NCBI GenBank assembly: GCA_965214605.1
Contig: OZ243961.1
Span: 576,001 to 640,000 of the forward strand
Length of the DNA: 64,000 bases
Source of the DNA: an uncultured Candidatus Binatia bacterium
GTDB lineage: Bacteria; Desulfobacterota; Binatia; Bin18
Direction of reading: 5' to 3'
This document shows positions 19,591 through 29,445 of this stretch, in pieces (the stretch's first letter is position 1; each line of letters begins with the position of its first letter). The notes below the pieces were generated by a model, which worked only from the letters and a program-made list of their open reading frames with translations, did no database searches and was not told the origin of the DNA. The translations under genes and the position numbers were made by a program.

Positions 19591-19798
19591 CCGAGTCTAT
19601 TGTGACTCTGGATGAAGACGATGGCCTGCGCCTGAGGTATAACGGGAGCGCTGGCCGAGGCGCCGCCGCCGGCCTTCCCCGGCAGACGGCCCCCAGGCGC
19701 ATCGCCGGGCAGAGACAGGCCACACGGATTGCCCGGCGCCCCGCCTCACTCCAACTCGGTCACCGGGGTCCAGGCAGCCACTCCCAACACCGCAACGA
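19591..19798 (+). repeat. 208-bp imperfect direct repeat, right copy (decayed trpEG 3' end + intergenic + intact MFS 3' end)
   Basis: CCGAGTCTATTGTGACTCTGGATGAAGAC...CCAGGCAGCCACTCCCAACACCGCAACGA matches 15512-15719. Confidence 0.85.
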
Positions 19799-21023
19799 TC
19801 ATCAGCCCGCTGGTGGCCGCGCAGGTGAGAAGAGGGCCGAGCCAATCGACCAGGACCCCAGCCAGCGGCGCCCCGATCAGGCCGGTCGTTCCCATAAACC
19901 CGAGGGTGTAGACCGACAGGATCCGAGCCCGGTGGGAGGGCCGCGCCTGCTCTTGGAACACCGTCCGGCCGGCGCTCATAAAAATAGAGGCGCTCGTCCC
20001 CCATACCCCCACCACTAGCAAGGCTCCCCAGAAGGGCAGGCCAAACGACAGACTGCCAATGCAGCCGGCCCCGACGACCAGTGCCGTCACTTGGGCTCGT
20101 CCCTTACGCCGGATCCCACCGCGCCACAGGATGGTCCCTGCGCCAAAGATCGTGCCTAGTGGAAAGGCCATATTGAGCGTGGCGAGCTGAGCCACGTCGC
20201 CGCCATAGAAGTCCCGGACCAGCAACGGCAGGACGACCAGATAGGGACCGATAAAGCCGACCCCGACCACCATCACCAGTAACTGGAGTGGACGTAGGAC
20301 CGGCGACCCAAAGACCTCCCGAACGCCCGCAACAAGGTCGCTCAGGCGAGCCCGCGTCTGCCCTGCTGTACTGCGTAACGATGGGGGGGGAAGTTTGCGC
20401 AACGTGGGCGCTCCAGCCAGCAAAACGAGCCCATGCATACACAGGGCCGGGACAATCCCCAGCCAACGCGCGCTGCCGGCCAAGAGCGCCCCCAGTGCTT
20501 GCGATGCCCACTGCGTCAGCGTCATACCAGCAACCGCCCGGAGCATGTTCGGTCCGGCAACTTCTGACAGCAGGGCGTCACGTGCCGGCATGGCAAACGC
20601 CTGCACCGTGCCCATACCCAGGGCATAGCCAATCAGCAGGCTCATCGACAGCCAGCCCTTGGCCACAACGGCCACCAAACACCCGGACAGGGTGGCGGCG
20701 ACGAGGTGTAGCCCAATCAATAGCGTCCGACGATCGTTGCGGTCGGCCACCATCCCGCCGAGCAGAACCAGCAGGGTCGAGGGCAGCATGAGCGCGCTCT
20801 GGGCAATACCGACCCAATCGGCATCGGCCTGCAAAACGCCGACAACCAACCATGAAAACAACACGCCCTGCATGCCAAAGGCGGTAAACCACGAGCCAAG
20901 GCCGGCCACGAACCACAGGTAGAAGACCGGTTGCGAAGATGAGGAGGTTATGACCCGCCGCCCGGCGAGGGCGGGATGTGCTTGTTCATCGACCGTGAGT
21001 TTAACCGGGGGTGAGCTTGGCAC
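19746..21023 (-). CDS. MFS transporter
   Basis: About 12 TM segments, motif A GGMVADRNDRR, AFAMPARDALL. Confidence 0.9.
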   Translation of the reverse strand: MPSSPPVKLTVDEQAHPALAGRRVITSSSSQPVFYLWFVAGLGSWFTAFGMQGVLFSWLVVGVLQADADWVGIAQSALMLPSTLLVLLGGMVADRNDRRTLLIGLHLVAATLSGCLVAVVAKGWLSMSLLIGYALGMGTVQAFAMPARDALLSEVAGPNMLRAVAGMTLTQWASQALGALLAGSARWLGIVPALCMHGLVLLAGAPTLRKLPPPSLRSTAGQTRARLSDLVAGVREVFGSPVLRPLQLLVMVVGVGFIGPYLVVLPLLVRDFYGGDVAQLATLNMAFPLGTIFGAGTILWRGGIRRKGRAQVTALVVGAGCIGSLSFGLPFWGALLVVGVWGTSASIFMSAGRTVFQEQARPSHRARILSVYTLGFMGTTGLIGAPLAGVLVDWLGPLLTCAATSGLMIVAVLGVAAWTPVTELE

Positions 21024-21044
21024 GTATCATCCTCATTCAGGGGC

Positions 21045-21830
21045 TTATTGCTCTTCGTACCACTGGATTGCGCCCCGCAGCCCACGCTCTTTTCTGACGC
21101 GCCGAATCTCGTCATTGCCCGAGCCAAAGTGAAAAATGGCATCATATTCGGCGCCCGCCAGAACCGTGCTCCGAAAGCCTTGCAGATCCATGGCGCGGTT
21201 GATCGCCAATTTCTCCAACCGCAGCTTTTCCGCCGGCACCTTGGCCACCCGCCGGGCGTACCGATAGGTTTCGGCCTCCAGAGCGTCGGCCGGAAAGGTC
21301 CGGGTGGCAAAACCCATGGCCTCGGCCTCTTTACCGCTGATCTGACTGCCTGGCAAAAACGCCATATATTTGGTCCGGTGCGGCCCGACCATCCAGTTCC
21401 ACATTGAGCTCACAAAGCCCGCCCCGGCGGGGAGCGAGGGAAAGCCGAGTCGGGCATCGTCGGCCATGAAAATGACATCCGAGCAGGCACAGATCTGACT
21501 CGCCCCGGCCAGGCAGTAGCCATGGACCATGGCAATCACCGGCTTGGGCAACTCGCGCAGGCTGAGCCAACGTTCAATCATTGTTTGGAGTTCGGTTCGG
21601 TCGCCATCAACGGTTTTCGCTCCCCCGCCGCCGGCCAGGTCATAGCCGGCCGAAAACGCCCGTCCAGCGCCCCGAATGATAAGGACTTTGATCTCCTCAT
21701 CGCAACCAGCCAAGGCAATTGCCTGAGAAAATTCGTCTAACAACGCCGGGTTCATGGCGTTCAGCTTCTCGGGTCGATTGAGCGTCAGCGTTCCGATCCG
21801 GTCCTGTTTGTCCAAGAGTACCAGGTCCAT
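21045..21830 (-). CDS. enoyl-CoA hydratase/isomerase family
   Basis: LTLNRPEKLNAM, GRAFSAGYDL, PKPVIAMVHGYCLAG. Start set at MDLVLL. Confidence 0.9.
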   Translation of the reverse strand: MDLVLLDKQDRIGTLTLNRPEKLNAMNPALLDEFSQAIALAGCDEEIKVLIIRGAGRAFSAGYDLAGGGGAKTVDGDRTELQTMIERWLSLRELPKPVIAMVHGYCLAGASQICACSDVIFMADDARLGFPSLPAGAGFVSSMWNWMVGPHRTKYMAFLPGSQISGKEAEAMGFATRTFPADALEAETYRYARRVAKVPAEKLRLEKLAINRAMDLQGFRSTVLAGAEYDAIFHFGSGNDEIRRVRKERGLRGAIQWYEEQ

Positions 21831-21998
21831 AAGCCCCTCCCGTGCAGACCGTCCTTTGGCTTTTCCCCGCTCTGCACTTGTCCAGCCAAGCATTCAGAAC
21901 CGTCTGAGTCTAGAGGCCCCGAGGCCGGACACGCCTAGCGCGCTTGCATAACACACAAAAAACCGGACATAATCCGCCGCCAAACAGGAGGAAACACG

Positions 21999-22616
21999 AT
22001 GAGCGAATCTACACTTCCCGAAGCCTGGGTCCGTATCCCGACCGAAGCCCAAGTTCGAGCAAAACTTCCGACAGGGACAAAGACAGGGCCGTACGATTTT
22101 GGCTTTGTGCCGGCCATGGGGCGCCTGCTGAGTAGCCACAGCCGGATCGGTCCGCACTTCATCAATCTGTACAGAGAAATTATGTTCGCACCAGGCCAGC
22201 TCAGTCGCCAGGAACGCGAGATGATTGCCGCCGTCACTGCCGTAAGCCAAGACTGCTCCTATTGAACCAACTCTCACGTAGAGTTTCTGCGTGTGGAAAC
22301 CGGGAATAGTCATTTGGTTGAGGCGATTCGCGCCAAGCAATGGCGTGAGCTGTCAAGCCTAACGGCCCGGCAGCGAGCCCTGTGTAGCCTAGCCGAGAAA
22401 CTGAGCGCCAGCCCGACCCGTATGATCGAGGCAGACTGGCAGCCGCTCCGCGAGCTAGGCTTCGACGATGAGGCGTGTTTGGAAGTCGCCCATATTGTCG
22501 GCATTTTTAATTATCTGACTCGCTTAGCCGACGGTTTTGGCCTACAGCTCGACGCCAAGATCCAGCAGGCCGCGGCAACAGGCGTGGCGCTTGGCCCCCC
22601 ATCCCAATCAGTCTGA
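21999..22616 (+). CDS. AhpD/carboxymuconolactone decarboxylase-like peroxidase, selenoprotein (CxxU, UGA at 22263)
   Basis: LSRQEREMIAAVTAVSQDCSY-TGA-TNSH continues in frame to IFNYLTRLADGFG; hairpin follows the UGA. Confidence 0.85.
22275..22293 (+). promoter_or_regulatory. putative bacterial SECIS hairpin
   Basis: CACGTAGA-GTT-TCTGCGTG: 8-bp stem with GUU loop starting 17 nt after the UGA. Confidence 0.7.
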
Positions 22617-22637
22617 GTAGGGGACGCGAAAAAATCT

Positions 22638-23463
22638 ATGGCGGCCTATGCAATTGGCGATGCCCAGGGCTGCTTTGCCGGTCCGATGGCGCTGTCAGAG
22701 GCGATTTGTTTCAATCGGAGGCGCCATACTCTGTGGTTTACGGGCGACCTAGTCAATCGGAGGCCTGACTCGCTTGGGATCGTGCGCTTTGTCCCCGACC
22801 CCGTCCCACGGACGGGATGGAGCCTGAGGGACCATGGCCTCCATCTGCTAGCCGTTGCCCACGGTCAGCGCAAACTGCATCCTAAGGATACGCTGAGGGA
22901 TATCCTCGAAACGCCCGACCGTGATATACTGCTTGACTGGCTCCGACACAGTCCTCTGCTACACCACGACGAGGTTACCCCTGATGACCACCGATCATAG
23001 TTCACTCTGCGAAAATCGGCGCGTCAGTCTAATCCACGCTGGTCTGCCACCGCGTTGGCCCCTAGCCGGGGTCCAACGCCACGCCCGAGCGGTCGAAACC
23101 GGTCTACAGGGACCCGACTTGGCCGCTTGCCTGGTCGGGATCACCCACAAAACGTGCCGGACAACGCCTAGCGCTGTCCCCCCCTCGCCTTCCCCTACCA
23201 CCACCTGCTTGACCCGAAGCTGCTCCTATAGTGCCGAGGGGGTGCTTGACGTAGTGTACAAGGGTCCGTTGGGGACGCAGCCCTGCCTGCCGTGGTTTGC
23301 CGCGCCATACCAGGCCCACGCCGGCCAAGAGATTATCTTTGGCCACTAGGCCACTTTGGATGGGGAATTTATGGTCTGGACACGGCCGGTGTGTAGGACG
23401 GCCGGCTAACCGCGATGAGTCTAGAAACCAAACGTCGAACCAGCGTTGCCTGCCGAGATATAG
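22638..23463 (+). pseudogene. apaH: symmetrical bis(5'-nucleosyl)-tetraphosphatase pseudogene
   Basis: Decayed motifs YAIGDAQGC, GDLVNRRPDSL, LRDHGLHLLAV, HAGLPPRW, PWF, IIFGH*; frameshift near 22970-23020 and W->TAG at 23347. Confidence 0.85.
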
Positions 23464-23523
23464 TGGCGTGTGGAGCCTTAGAATCCGGCTCTCCCTCGTC
23501 TCTCAGGCGTTCAGAGATCGCAT

Positions 23524-25302
23524 ATGCCTACTGAGCTGAGCAAGGTCCTTCTCCATCGAGGGGTACTCCAACGGCTGCGTCTGGCATCCGGGAGCGTCCT
23601 GTTTTGCTATGTCGGCCTGCACCTGCTCAACCATGCGCTAGGCTTGGTTTCCCTAGCGGCAATGGAGGCCGGCCGCACCTGGTTTCTCTTTGTGTGGCGC
23701 AGCCCGGTCGGCTCGCTGCTCTTATACAGCTCGCTGAGTGCACATGTAGCTCTGGCCCTGGTCTCAGTCTACCACTACCGCCACTCCCGTCTTTCACCCC
23801 GCGAGCGGTTTCAGTTTGTGTTCGGCTTTCTCATCCCCCCGCTATTGATCCCCCATATCGTTGGTACCCGTCTGGCTCACGACTGGTACCAGATGAACGA
23901 TTCATACACCTTTCTCGTTCTGCGCTACTCGGTGCTGAGCCCCGGGCTCGGCATTATGCAGTCTCTCCAACTCGTCTTGACCTGGCTACACGGCTGCATG
24001 GGTCTTTACTCCTGGCTGCGCCTCAAGCCTTGGTACCCGCGCGCGGCCATGACCCTCTACAGCCTAGCCCTACTGCTGCCGGTGCTGGCCGTGCTCGGCT
24101 TCAGTCAGGCTGGACAGGAAGTTGCCCGCCTAGCCCAGCAGCCGGGCTGGACCGAACAGCTGTTCCAGACCGTCAATACGCTAAGCCCAGCCCAAGAGGC
24201 GCTGCTGCAGCAAACCGGTTTATTGATGATCGGCGGCTATGCGCTCAGTGTGGCCGGGGTGTATCTCATCCGGGTCGTCCAGCGGCGCTATCTTCGGTCT
24301 CAGCGGGCGATCCAGATTACCTATCCCCACGGTCAAACCCTGACCGCTCCCCAGGGTGCCAGCGTGCTGCAAATCAGCCGCCGGGCCGGCATCCAGCACG
24401 CCTCGGTCTGTGGTGGACGCGGCCGGTGTTCAACCTGTCGGGTGCGGATCGTGCAGGGCCTTGAGTTGCTGCCAACCAGCAACGAAGCAGAGCGGCGCGT
24501 GCTGAGACGGGTCGGCGCCCCGCCAAACGTCCGCTTGGCCTGCCAGCTACGGCCGACCCACGACCTGACCGTTATTCCGCTCCTACCCGCCAGAGCCCAG
24601 GCCAGAGAGGGTTTTGCTCAGGCTGGCTATTTGGCCGGCCAGGAGAGAGAGATTGCCGTTTTATTTGCCGATTTACGCGGTTTTACCCGCATCTCCGAAC
24701 ATAAGCTGCCCTACGATGTGGTGTTTCTGCTAAACCGATATTTCGAGGTCGTCGGCAATGCCATTGAGCGGGCAGGCGGTATTGCCAATCAGTTCACCGG
24801 CGACGGCGTGATGGCCCTATTCGGGGTGCAGAGCACCCCCCGAACGGCCAGCCGCCAGGCCCTAGCCGCGGCCGTGGCGATGGTCCAGGGTCTGGCCGAG
24901 CTCAGTCTGCTCCTAGCCGAGGAACTCGATGCGCCGCTCAGGCTAGGTATCGGGATTCATACCGGACCGGCCGTTGTCGGTCGTATGGGCCGGGGGGTGG
25001 CCTCGTACCTGACCGCGGTCGGTGATACCGTGCATGTTGCCAGCCGCCTCCAAGACCTGACCAAGGAGTATCAGTGTCAGATGGTGATTTCCGAACAGCT
25101 AGCCGCCTATGCCGGCCTTGATGCGACCCCCTTCCTCCGCCATGAATTGACGGTCCGTAACCGTGGCGAGCCGATTGTGATTCGGGTCATCAAAGACGTC
25201 CGTGCGGTGGAGATTCAGACGCTGGCCGACAAGATGGACGAGACAAGCGAGATGAGCAGGACAGGCAAGACCGTTCGGCCAGATCAGCATCAGGCCTCCT
25301 AG
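23524..25302 (+). CDS. membrane-bound adenylate/guanylate cyclase with 2Fe-2S ferredoxin domain
   Basis: TM region, CGGRGRCSTC...RLACQ, VLFADLRGFT, GDGVMALFG, TAVGDTVHVASRL. Confidence 0.92.
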   Translation: MPTELSKVLLHRGVLQRLRLASGSVLFCYVGLHLLNHALGLVSLAAMEAGRTWFLFVWRSPVGSLLLYSSLSAHVALALVSVYHYRHSRLSPRERFQFVFGFLIPPLLIPHIVGTRLAHDWYQMNDSYTFLVLRYSVLSPGLGIMQSLQLVLTWLHGCMGLYSWLRLKPWYPRAAMTLYSLALLLPVLAVLGFSQAGQEVARLAQQPGWTEQLFQTVNTLSPAQEALLQQTGLLMIGGYALSVAGVYLIRVVQRRYLRSQRAIQITYPHGQTLTAPQGASVLQISRRAGIQHASVCGGRGRCSTCRVRIVQGLELLPTSNEAERRVLRRVGAPPNVRLACQLRPTHDLTVIPLLPARAQAREGFAQAGYLAGQEREIAVLFADLRGFTRISEHKLPYDVVFLLNRYFEVVGNAIERAGGIANQFTGDGVMALFGVQSTPRTASRQALAAAVAMVQGLAELSLLLAEELDAPLRLGIGIHTGPAVVGRMGRGVASYLTAVGDTVHVASRLQDLTKEYQCQMVISEQLAAYAGLDATPFLRHELTVRNRGEPIVIRVIKDVRAVEIQTLADKMDETSEMSRTGKTVRPDQHQAS

Positions 25303-25334
25303 CGGTCTAACCCAACGGGAAGGAACGTCCAAGC

Positions 25335-26390
25335 GTGAAATTTGGTCTGTTCTATCAACTGCCCTGCGCGCCTGAGCAAGACCCGTCGACCCGTTATCAG
25401 GAAACGCTCGAACAGATTCAATACGCTGACGAACTCGGCTTTGATACGGCTTGGCTGGCAGAGCTGCATTTTAATCCTCATTTCTCGGTCATGCCCGCAC
25501 CACTAGTCTTTGCCGCGGTCATTGCTCAGCATACCAAACGCATTCGTCTCGGCACAGCAGTCGCCCTGCTGCCCCTCCAGCACCCGCTACGAACCGCCGA
25601 GGAAGCGGCGGTGGTCGATGTCTTGAGCCACGGCCGCCTGGAACTCGGCGTCGGTCGGGGGGAGATTGCGATTCACTTTCAGGGCTTTGATGTGCCGCGC
25701 GAACAAGGTCGGGAGCGCTTTATCGAAGCCCTGTCGCTTATCCACCACGCCTGGACGCACGAGACGTGCAGCTTTGACGGCAAATACTTCCATGTTCCAG
25801 AGACGACCATCGTGCCTAAACCCGTCCAACATCCCCATCCGCCTATGCGGATTGCGGCCAACAGTCCTGAGACGGCCATGTTTGCCGGTCAGCAGGGCTA
25901 TCCGGTGTTTGTTGCCTCTCCGATCAACCGCCACAACAAATTATCTGAACATATCGGTCGCTACCAAACAGCCCTTCGTGATGCGGGCCACGACGTGAGC
26001 AAACAAGACGTGGCGATTACCTTCCCGGTTTTTGTGGCTGACAGTTTGGAGCAGGTCCGCCGTTGCGTCGAGCCGAGTTTCCTCAACTACTTTCGGGCCA
26101 TCGGTATCCAAGCACGCCTCGGGGCACGCGACGATTCGGCCAAATATGACTACCTGCGCGCCATCGTCAAACGGACCGAATCCATGACTTGGGAGCGCAT
26201 CGAGGCCAGCATGGGGCTGTACGGACCGTCGAGACGGTGTATCGACAAGATTCAGGATATCGCCACCAACTGCCGCATGGACCAGCTCATCTGTTGGTTT
26301 AATCCGGGTGGCTTAGTGCCCCATCATGAGGTCTTGACCAGCATGCGGCGGTTTGCCGAAGAGGTCATGCCCGCAGTGCGCCACCTTTAG
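25335..26390 (+). CDS. LLM-class flavin-dependent oxidoreductase (paralog of 8178-9242)
   Basis: Same motifs; shares RYQETLEQIQYADELGFDTAWLAELHFN and MDQLICWFNPGGLVPH with the first copy. Confidence 0.92.
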   Translation: MKFGLFYQLPCAPEQDPSTRYQETLEQIQYADELGFDTAWLAELHFNPHFSVMPAPLVFAAVIAQHTKRIRLGTAVALLPLQHPLRTAEEAAVVDVLSHGRLELGVGRGEIAIHFQGFDVPREQGRERFIEALSLIHHAWTHETCSFDGKYFHVPETTIVPKPVQHPHPPMRIAANSPETAMFAGQQGYPVFVASPINRHNKLSEHIGRYQTALRDAGHDVSKQDVAITFPVFVADSLEQVRRCVEPSFLNYFRAIGIQARLGARDDSAKYDYLRAIVKRTESMTWERIEASMGLYGPSRRCIDKIQDIATNCRMDQLICWFNPGGLVPHHEVLTSMRRFAEEVMPAVRHL

Positions 26391-26482
26391 GATCTTCTGC
26401 TTGCCGTGCCACCGAAACATTCGTAGACTCTGCTCCCTTCGGGAGTTGCCCTGGGAGGAGCCTGAAACGAGGAGAGGGCGCT

Positions 26483-27166
26483 ATGCTACACCTACATTTT
26501 CTGATTCAACGCAAAGATGGGATCAGTCGTCAGGACTTTTCAGCTCACTGGCGGAATATCCACGCTCCCCTGGCCGTCAAAATACCCGGCATCCACCGTT
26601 ATGTTCAAAACCACACCCCACCGTTTCTCAGTAGAAACCCGGCCTATGACGGGATTGTTGAAATCTGGATGGACGATGAGGCAGCGGTCAAAGCGGCGTT
26701 TGACAGTCTGGAGTATCGCAATGGTGCCTATGTTGACGAACCCAACTTTGTTGACCTCAAGCAAGTGATCCGTCTCCGCACTCACGACGAGGTGATACTG
26801 CCCGGCGACCCGATCGGTAAAGACGCAGACCTCATCAAACGCGTCTCCTTTATCAAGCGTAAACCAGGTATGAGTCCTGAAGAGTTTTCGCGCTACTGGC
26901 GTAAGGTGCACGGCCCGCTAGCCCTAGCTCTGCCCGGTCTACGTCGCTACGTACAGTGCCACGTTGTCCCGTCGACGTATGAAAAAGGCGAGCCGGCCTA
27001 TGACGGAGTGGCCCAGATTTGGTTTGAGACGCTGGCCGACCTGCAGTACGCCATGGACTCATCAGAGTACAAACGGAGTGCTCAGGCTGACGGCCTCAAG
27101 TTTGTTGACCCCGAGCGGATCATGCATGTGCTGAGCGAAGAAAATCGGGTGATATGGCCGGAATAA
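26483..27166 (+). CDS. tandem EthD-domain protein
   Basis: Two EthD repeats (F..HWRNIHAPL...RYVQ...YDG). Confidence 0.88.
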   Translation: MLHLHFLIQRKDGISRQDFSAHWRNIHAPLAVKIPGIHRYVQNHTPPFLSRNPAYDGIVEIWMDDEAAVKAAFDSLEYRNGAYVDEPNFVDLKQVIRLRTHDEVILPGDPIGKDADLIKRVSFIKRKPGMSPEEFSRYWRKVHGPLALALPGLRRYVQCHVVPSTYEKGEPAYDGVAQIWFETLADLQYAMDSSEYKRSAQADGLKFVDPERIMHVLSEENRVIWPE

Positions 27167-27205
27167 GCAGGGAGATGCCCGTTCTCTGCCTTCGATCTCT
27201 TCCGC

Positions 27206-27711
27206 TCACGCTTGCTGCCGAACAGTCGGTGAGGCTTCTGACCTTTGCAGGGATGGCTGAGCAAACAACGCGAAAAACCGCTCCCACGTCCGCGGTCGCC
27301 CAACGGCGCTGTCCGGCCAGAGCAGCGCCGTAGCCACCCCTATCGCACAGTTCAGTCCCAATCCGCACAGCCCCGAATCAAACACCCAGATGTGGCCGAC
27401 GCCGCCGAGCGTCAGTCCCCCCACTGTCAGGACTCCGACGCCAAGATCGGCCAGGGTCGCGCGGCCTGAAAACCGCGGCCAGTAGAGGCCCAGGATCAAG
27501 GGCGGATAGAGCTGCATAACGTATTGCCGCTAAACTTGGTGGCCAACATAGCAAAAAAGAGCACGACTGGCCCGGTTGTCTTACCGCCCAGAAAATAGTC
27601 TCTGGCACTCCAGGTGCGGCCGGACCGAAAGGCCCAATAGCCGATCAGGATGTGGCTCAGCAGATACAGGCTGAGAATCAGTAACGCCTCAAACCCCAGC
27701 CCGTCGGTCAT
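27206..27711 (-). pseudogene. sodium:solute symporter pseudogene with large internal deletion
   Basis: N-terminus RDYFLGGKTTG...ATKFSGNT is joined out of frame to the C-terminal QLYPPLILGLYW; only about 170 codons remain. Confidence 0.75.
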
Positions 27712-27900
27712 GCGTCTTCCTCGCCGTCAAGGACGGAGGAGGCCAGACGCCAGTGACGTGCGCTCACACAGCCAGCAAAAATCACGACCAGGGCGGAGGC
27801 AGCCAGACAGACAAGAAACCACAGGCCCCCCCACCAGCGGTTCGTGCCTCCCGGCAAAGAAATACGGCACCGTGAAAAAGAGCAGAACGCCGGAGATCAT
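27708..27900 (-). pseudogene. small membrane partner of the SSS transporter (DUF3311-like), frameshifted
   Basis: MISGVLLFFTVPYFF...LVGG, frameshift at a G-run, then LWFLVCLAASALVVIFAG...EEDA*; ATGA overlap with the SSS start. Confidence 0.55.
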
Positions 27901-27929
27901 CCAGATCTAGGCTTGCAACGGCTCTCTCA

Positions 27930-28721
27930 TCAATCCAGCCCGGTATAATCAAACTCCATCGGCGTGATATCCCCCGCCGTGATCGCTCGAATCCGCTCAG
28001 CCGACAGCGGATAGCTGAACTGCTCGTTGCGCATATGGAGGCGCTGGAGCAGGATTTTGCCGACCATGTCGACAATCTCTTGCCATTCGGTCGGAGATAG
28101 CTGCTGCTGAGCCAGGCCCACATAGCCGGCCCGCATATGTCCAATCTCGTCGTTGTAGACCTGCTCGCAGGCCCTGGCGATACGGTTATTGAGCTGGCCC
28201 GAGCCGGCCAGCCGCATACCGGCCGAGTACATACTACAGTAGCCGCCCTCAGTAAAACGCACGGCAAAATAGCCCAAGCGACCCCGCTGCTCGCGATATT
28301 CATAGCGCAGACGGGCCAGTTCGTCGTCAGACTGCCAGCCAACCAACGCGTGCGGGTTCAGCTTCTCCCCACTCAGCCAGTCATAGATATCGGCAAACAG
28401 GCAGTAATGGGCAAACTCCGTGCGCAGATCGTCAATAACGTCAAGCACGGTGTGGCGATCAACCTGGAGGTCGATTTTATCAAAGACCTCGCTCAGATAG
28501 GCAACCGGTCCCTGAAACAGCCCTTTTTTCTTATCCCCAACCCCAGAGCCCCAAATCTCCTTAAAACACTGGCGGCGTAGCCACACCAGATCAGTATCGG
28601 GCGTCCGCATTGGGCTCTGAAAATACGTCCACACCACCTCGGCCTCACCCGCCCAGTAGGGCGCGGCGAGATCGACCAAACGTTTGAGCTGAGGATTAAT
28701 CTGCCGTTTGGCATTCATCAT
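27930..28721 (-). CDS. ferritin-like (diiron) domain protein
   Basis: ExxH motifs TEFAHY and DEIGHM, plus TEGG. Start set at MMNAKR. Confidence 0.7.
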   Translation of the reverse strand: MMNAKRQINPQLKRLVDLAAPYWAGEAEVVWTYFQSPMRTPDTDLVWLRRQCFKEIWGSGVGDKKKGLFQGPVAYLSEVFDKIDLQVDRHTVLDVIDDLRTEFAHYCLFADIYDWLSGEKLNPHALVGWQSDDELARLRYEYREQRGRLGYFAVRFTEGGYCSMYSAGMRLAGSGQLNNRIARACEQVYNDEIGHMRAGYVGLAQQQLSPTEWQEIVDMVGKILLQRLHMRNEQFSYPLSAERIRAITAGDITPMEFDYTGLD

Positions 28722-28734
28722 TTTCTTCCGTCGT

Positions 28735-29433
28735 TCATGGCTCGGCATTCCGATCAATCTCATCTCCCAGCTCACAAATCCCCTGATAGAATAGCTTGCA
28801 GCCCGTCAGCGCCAGTTCCATCCCGTCCAGCACTTCCTGACGTTCATGCTCCGTGGCGACATGCCGGGAGATTGGCTCCCAGACCTTCCGTCCGGCGTGA
28901 TCGTCATCGGCCTTGGTGTGGTAGGTAAAGAAGAACACCTGCTCATCGTTCAGATCATAGGTCTGCTTCCAGGCCTCGGCCCGAAAATTATGCGCGCCCT
29001 GCATAGCGGTGAGGATAAACTCATCGACTGAGGTGGCTAACCAGCCAGCCACCCAGTGCCGCGTGCGGGCAAGGTGCTCCCACACACTCAGGGCCACATT
29101 GACCAGGGGAACGGGCCGGGTGGTGTCCATCTGTTCGTTGGTGAGACCGACGTTGCGGCCCATCTCCCACAGCAGTGTGGTGTGGGGCTGGGCAATCTGA
29201 TCGTCATACACCAGCTCTTCACGCATCTGACCGATGGTTTTACGGACAACGGCCAGGTCTGGACAGCGACTGATCCAGGCTGGTCGAATGACTGCGCTAA
29301 ACAGCCGATTGCGCAGAATATGCTGTAGGATGAAGGCCTGCCCGCGCCCGGGTGTCAAAGGCTCGACCAACCACGGGACTTGGGGAGCGGTTTCAAGGGC
29401 ACGTTTGCAGATTTCGTCAACAATAGTGTTCAT
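28735..29433 (-). CDS. heme-oxygenase-like diiron protein (PqqC/CADD/TenA-like)
   Basis: ISRCPD...MREEL...PH.TL...G, VDE, FFTYHTKADDDHA. Confidence 0.75.
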   Translation of the reverse strand: MNTIVDEICKRALETAPQVPWLVEPLTPGRGQAFILQHILRNRLFSAVIRPAWISRCPDLAVVRKTIGQMREELVYDDQIAQPHTTLLWEMGRNVGLTNEQMDTTRPVPLVNVALSVWEHLARTRHWVAGWLATSVDEFILTAMQGAHNFRAEAWKQTYDLNDEQVFFFTYHTKADDDHAGRKVWEPISRHVATEHERQEVLDGMELALTGCKLFYQGICELGDEIDRNAEP

Positions 29434-29445
29434 ATCTCATCCTCA

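Noticed and set aside
23347-23349. TAG in apaH as pyrrolysine or read-through
   Set aside because: It replaces a conserved Trp in a gene that also has frameshifts and lost catalytic motifs, so it is a pseudogene.
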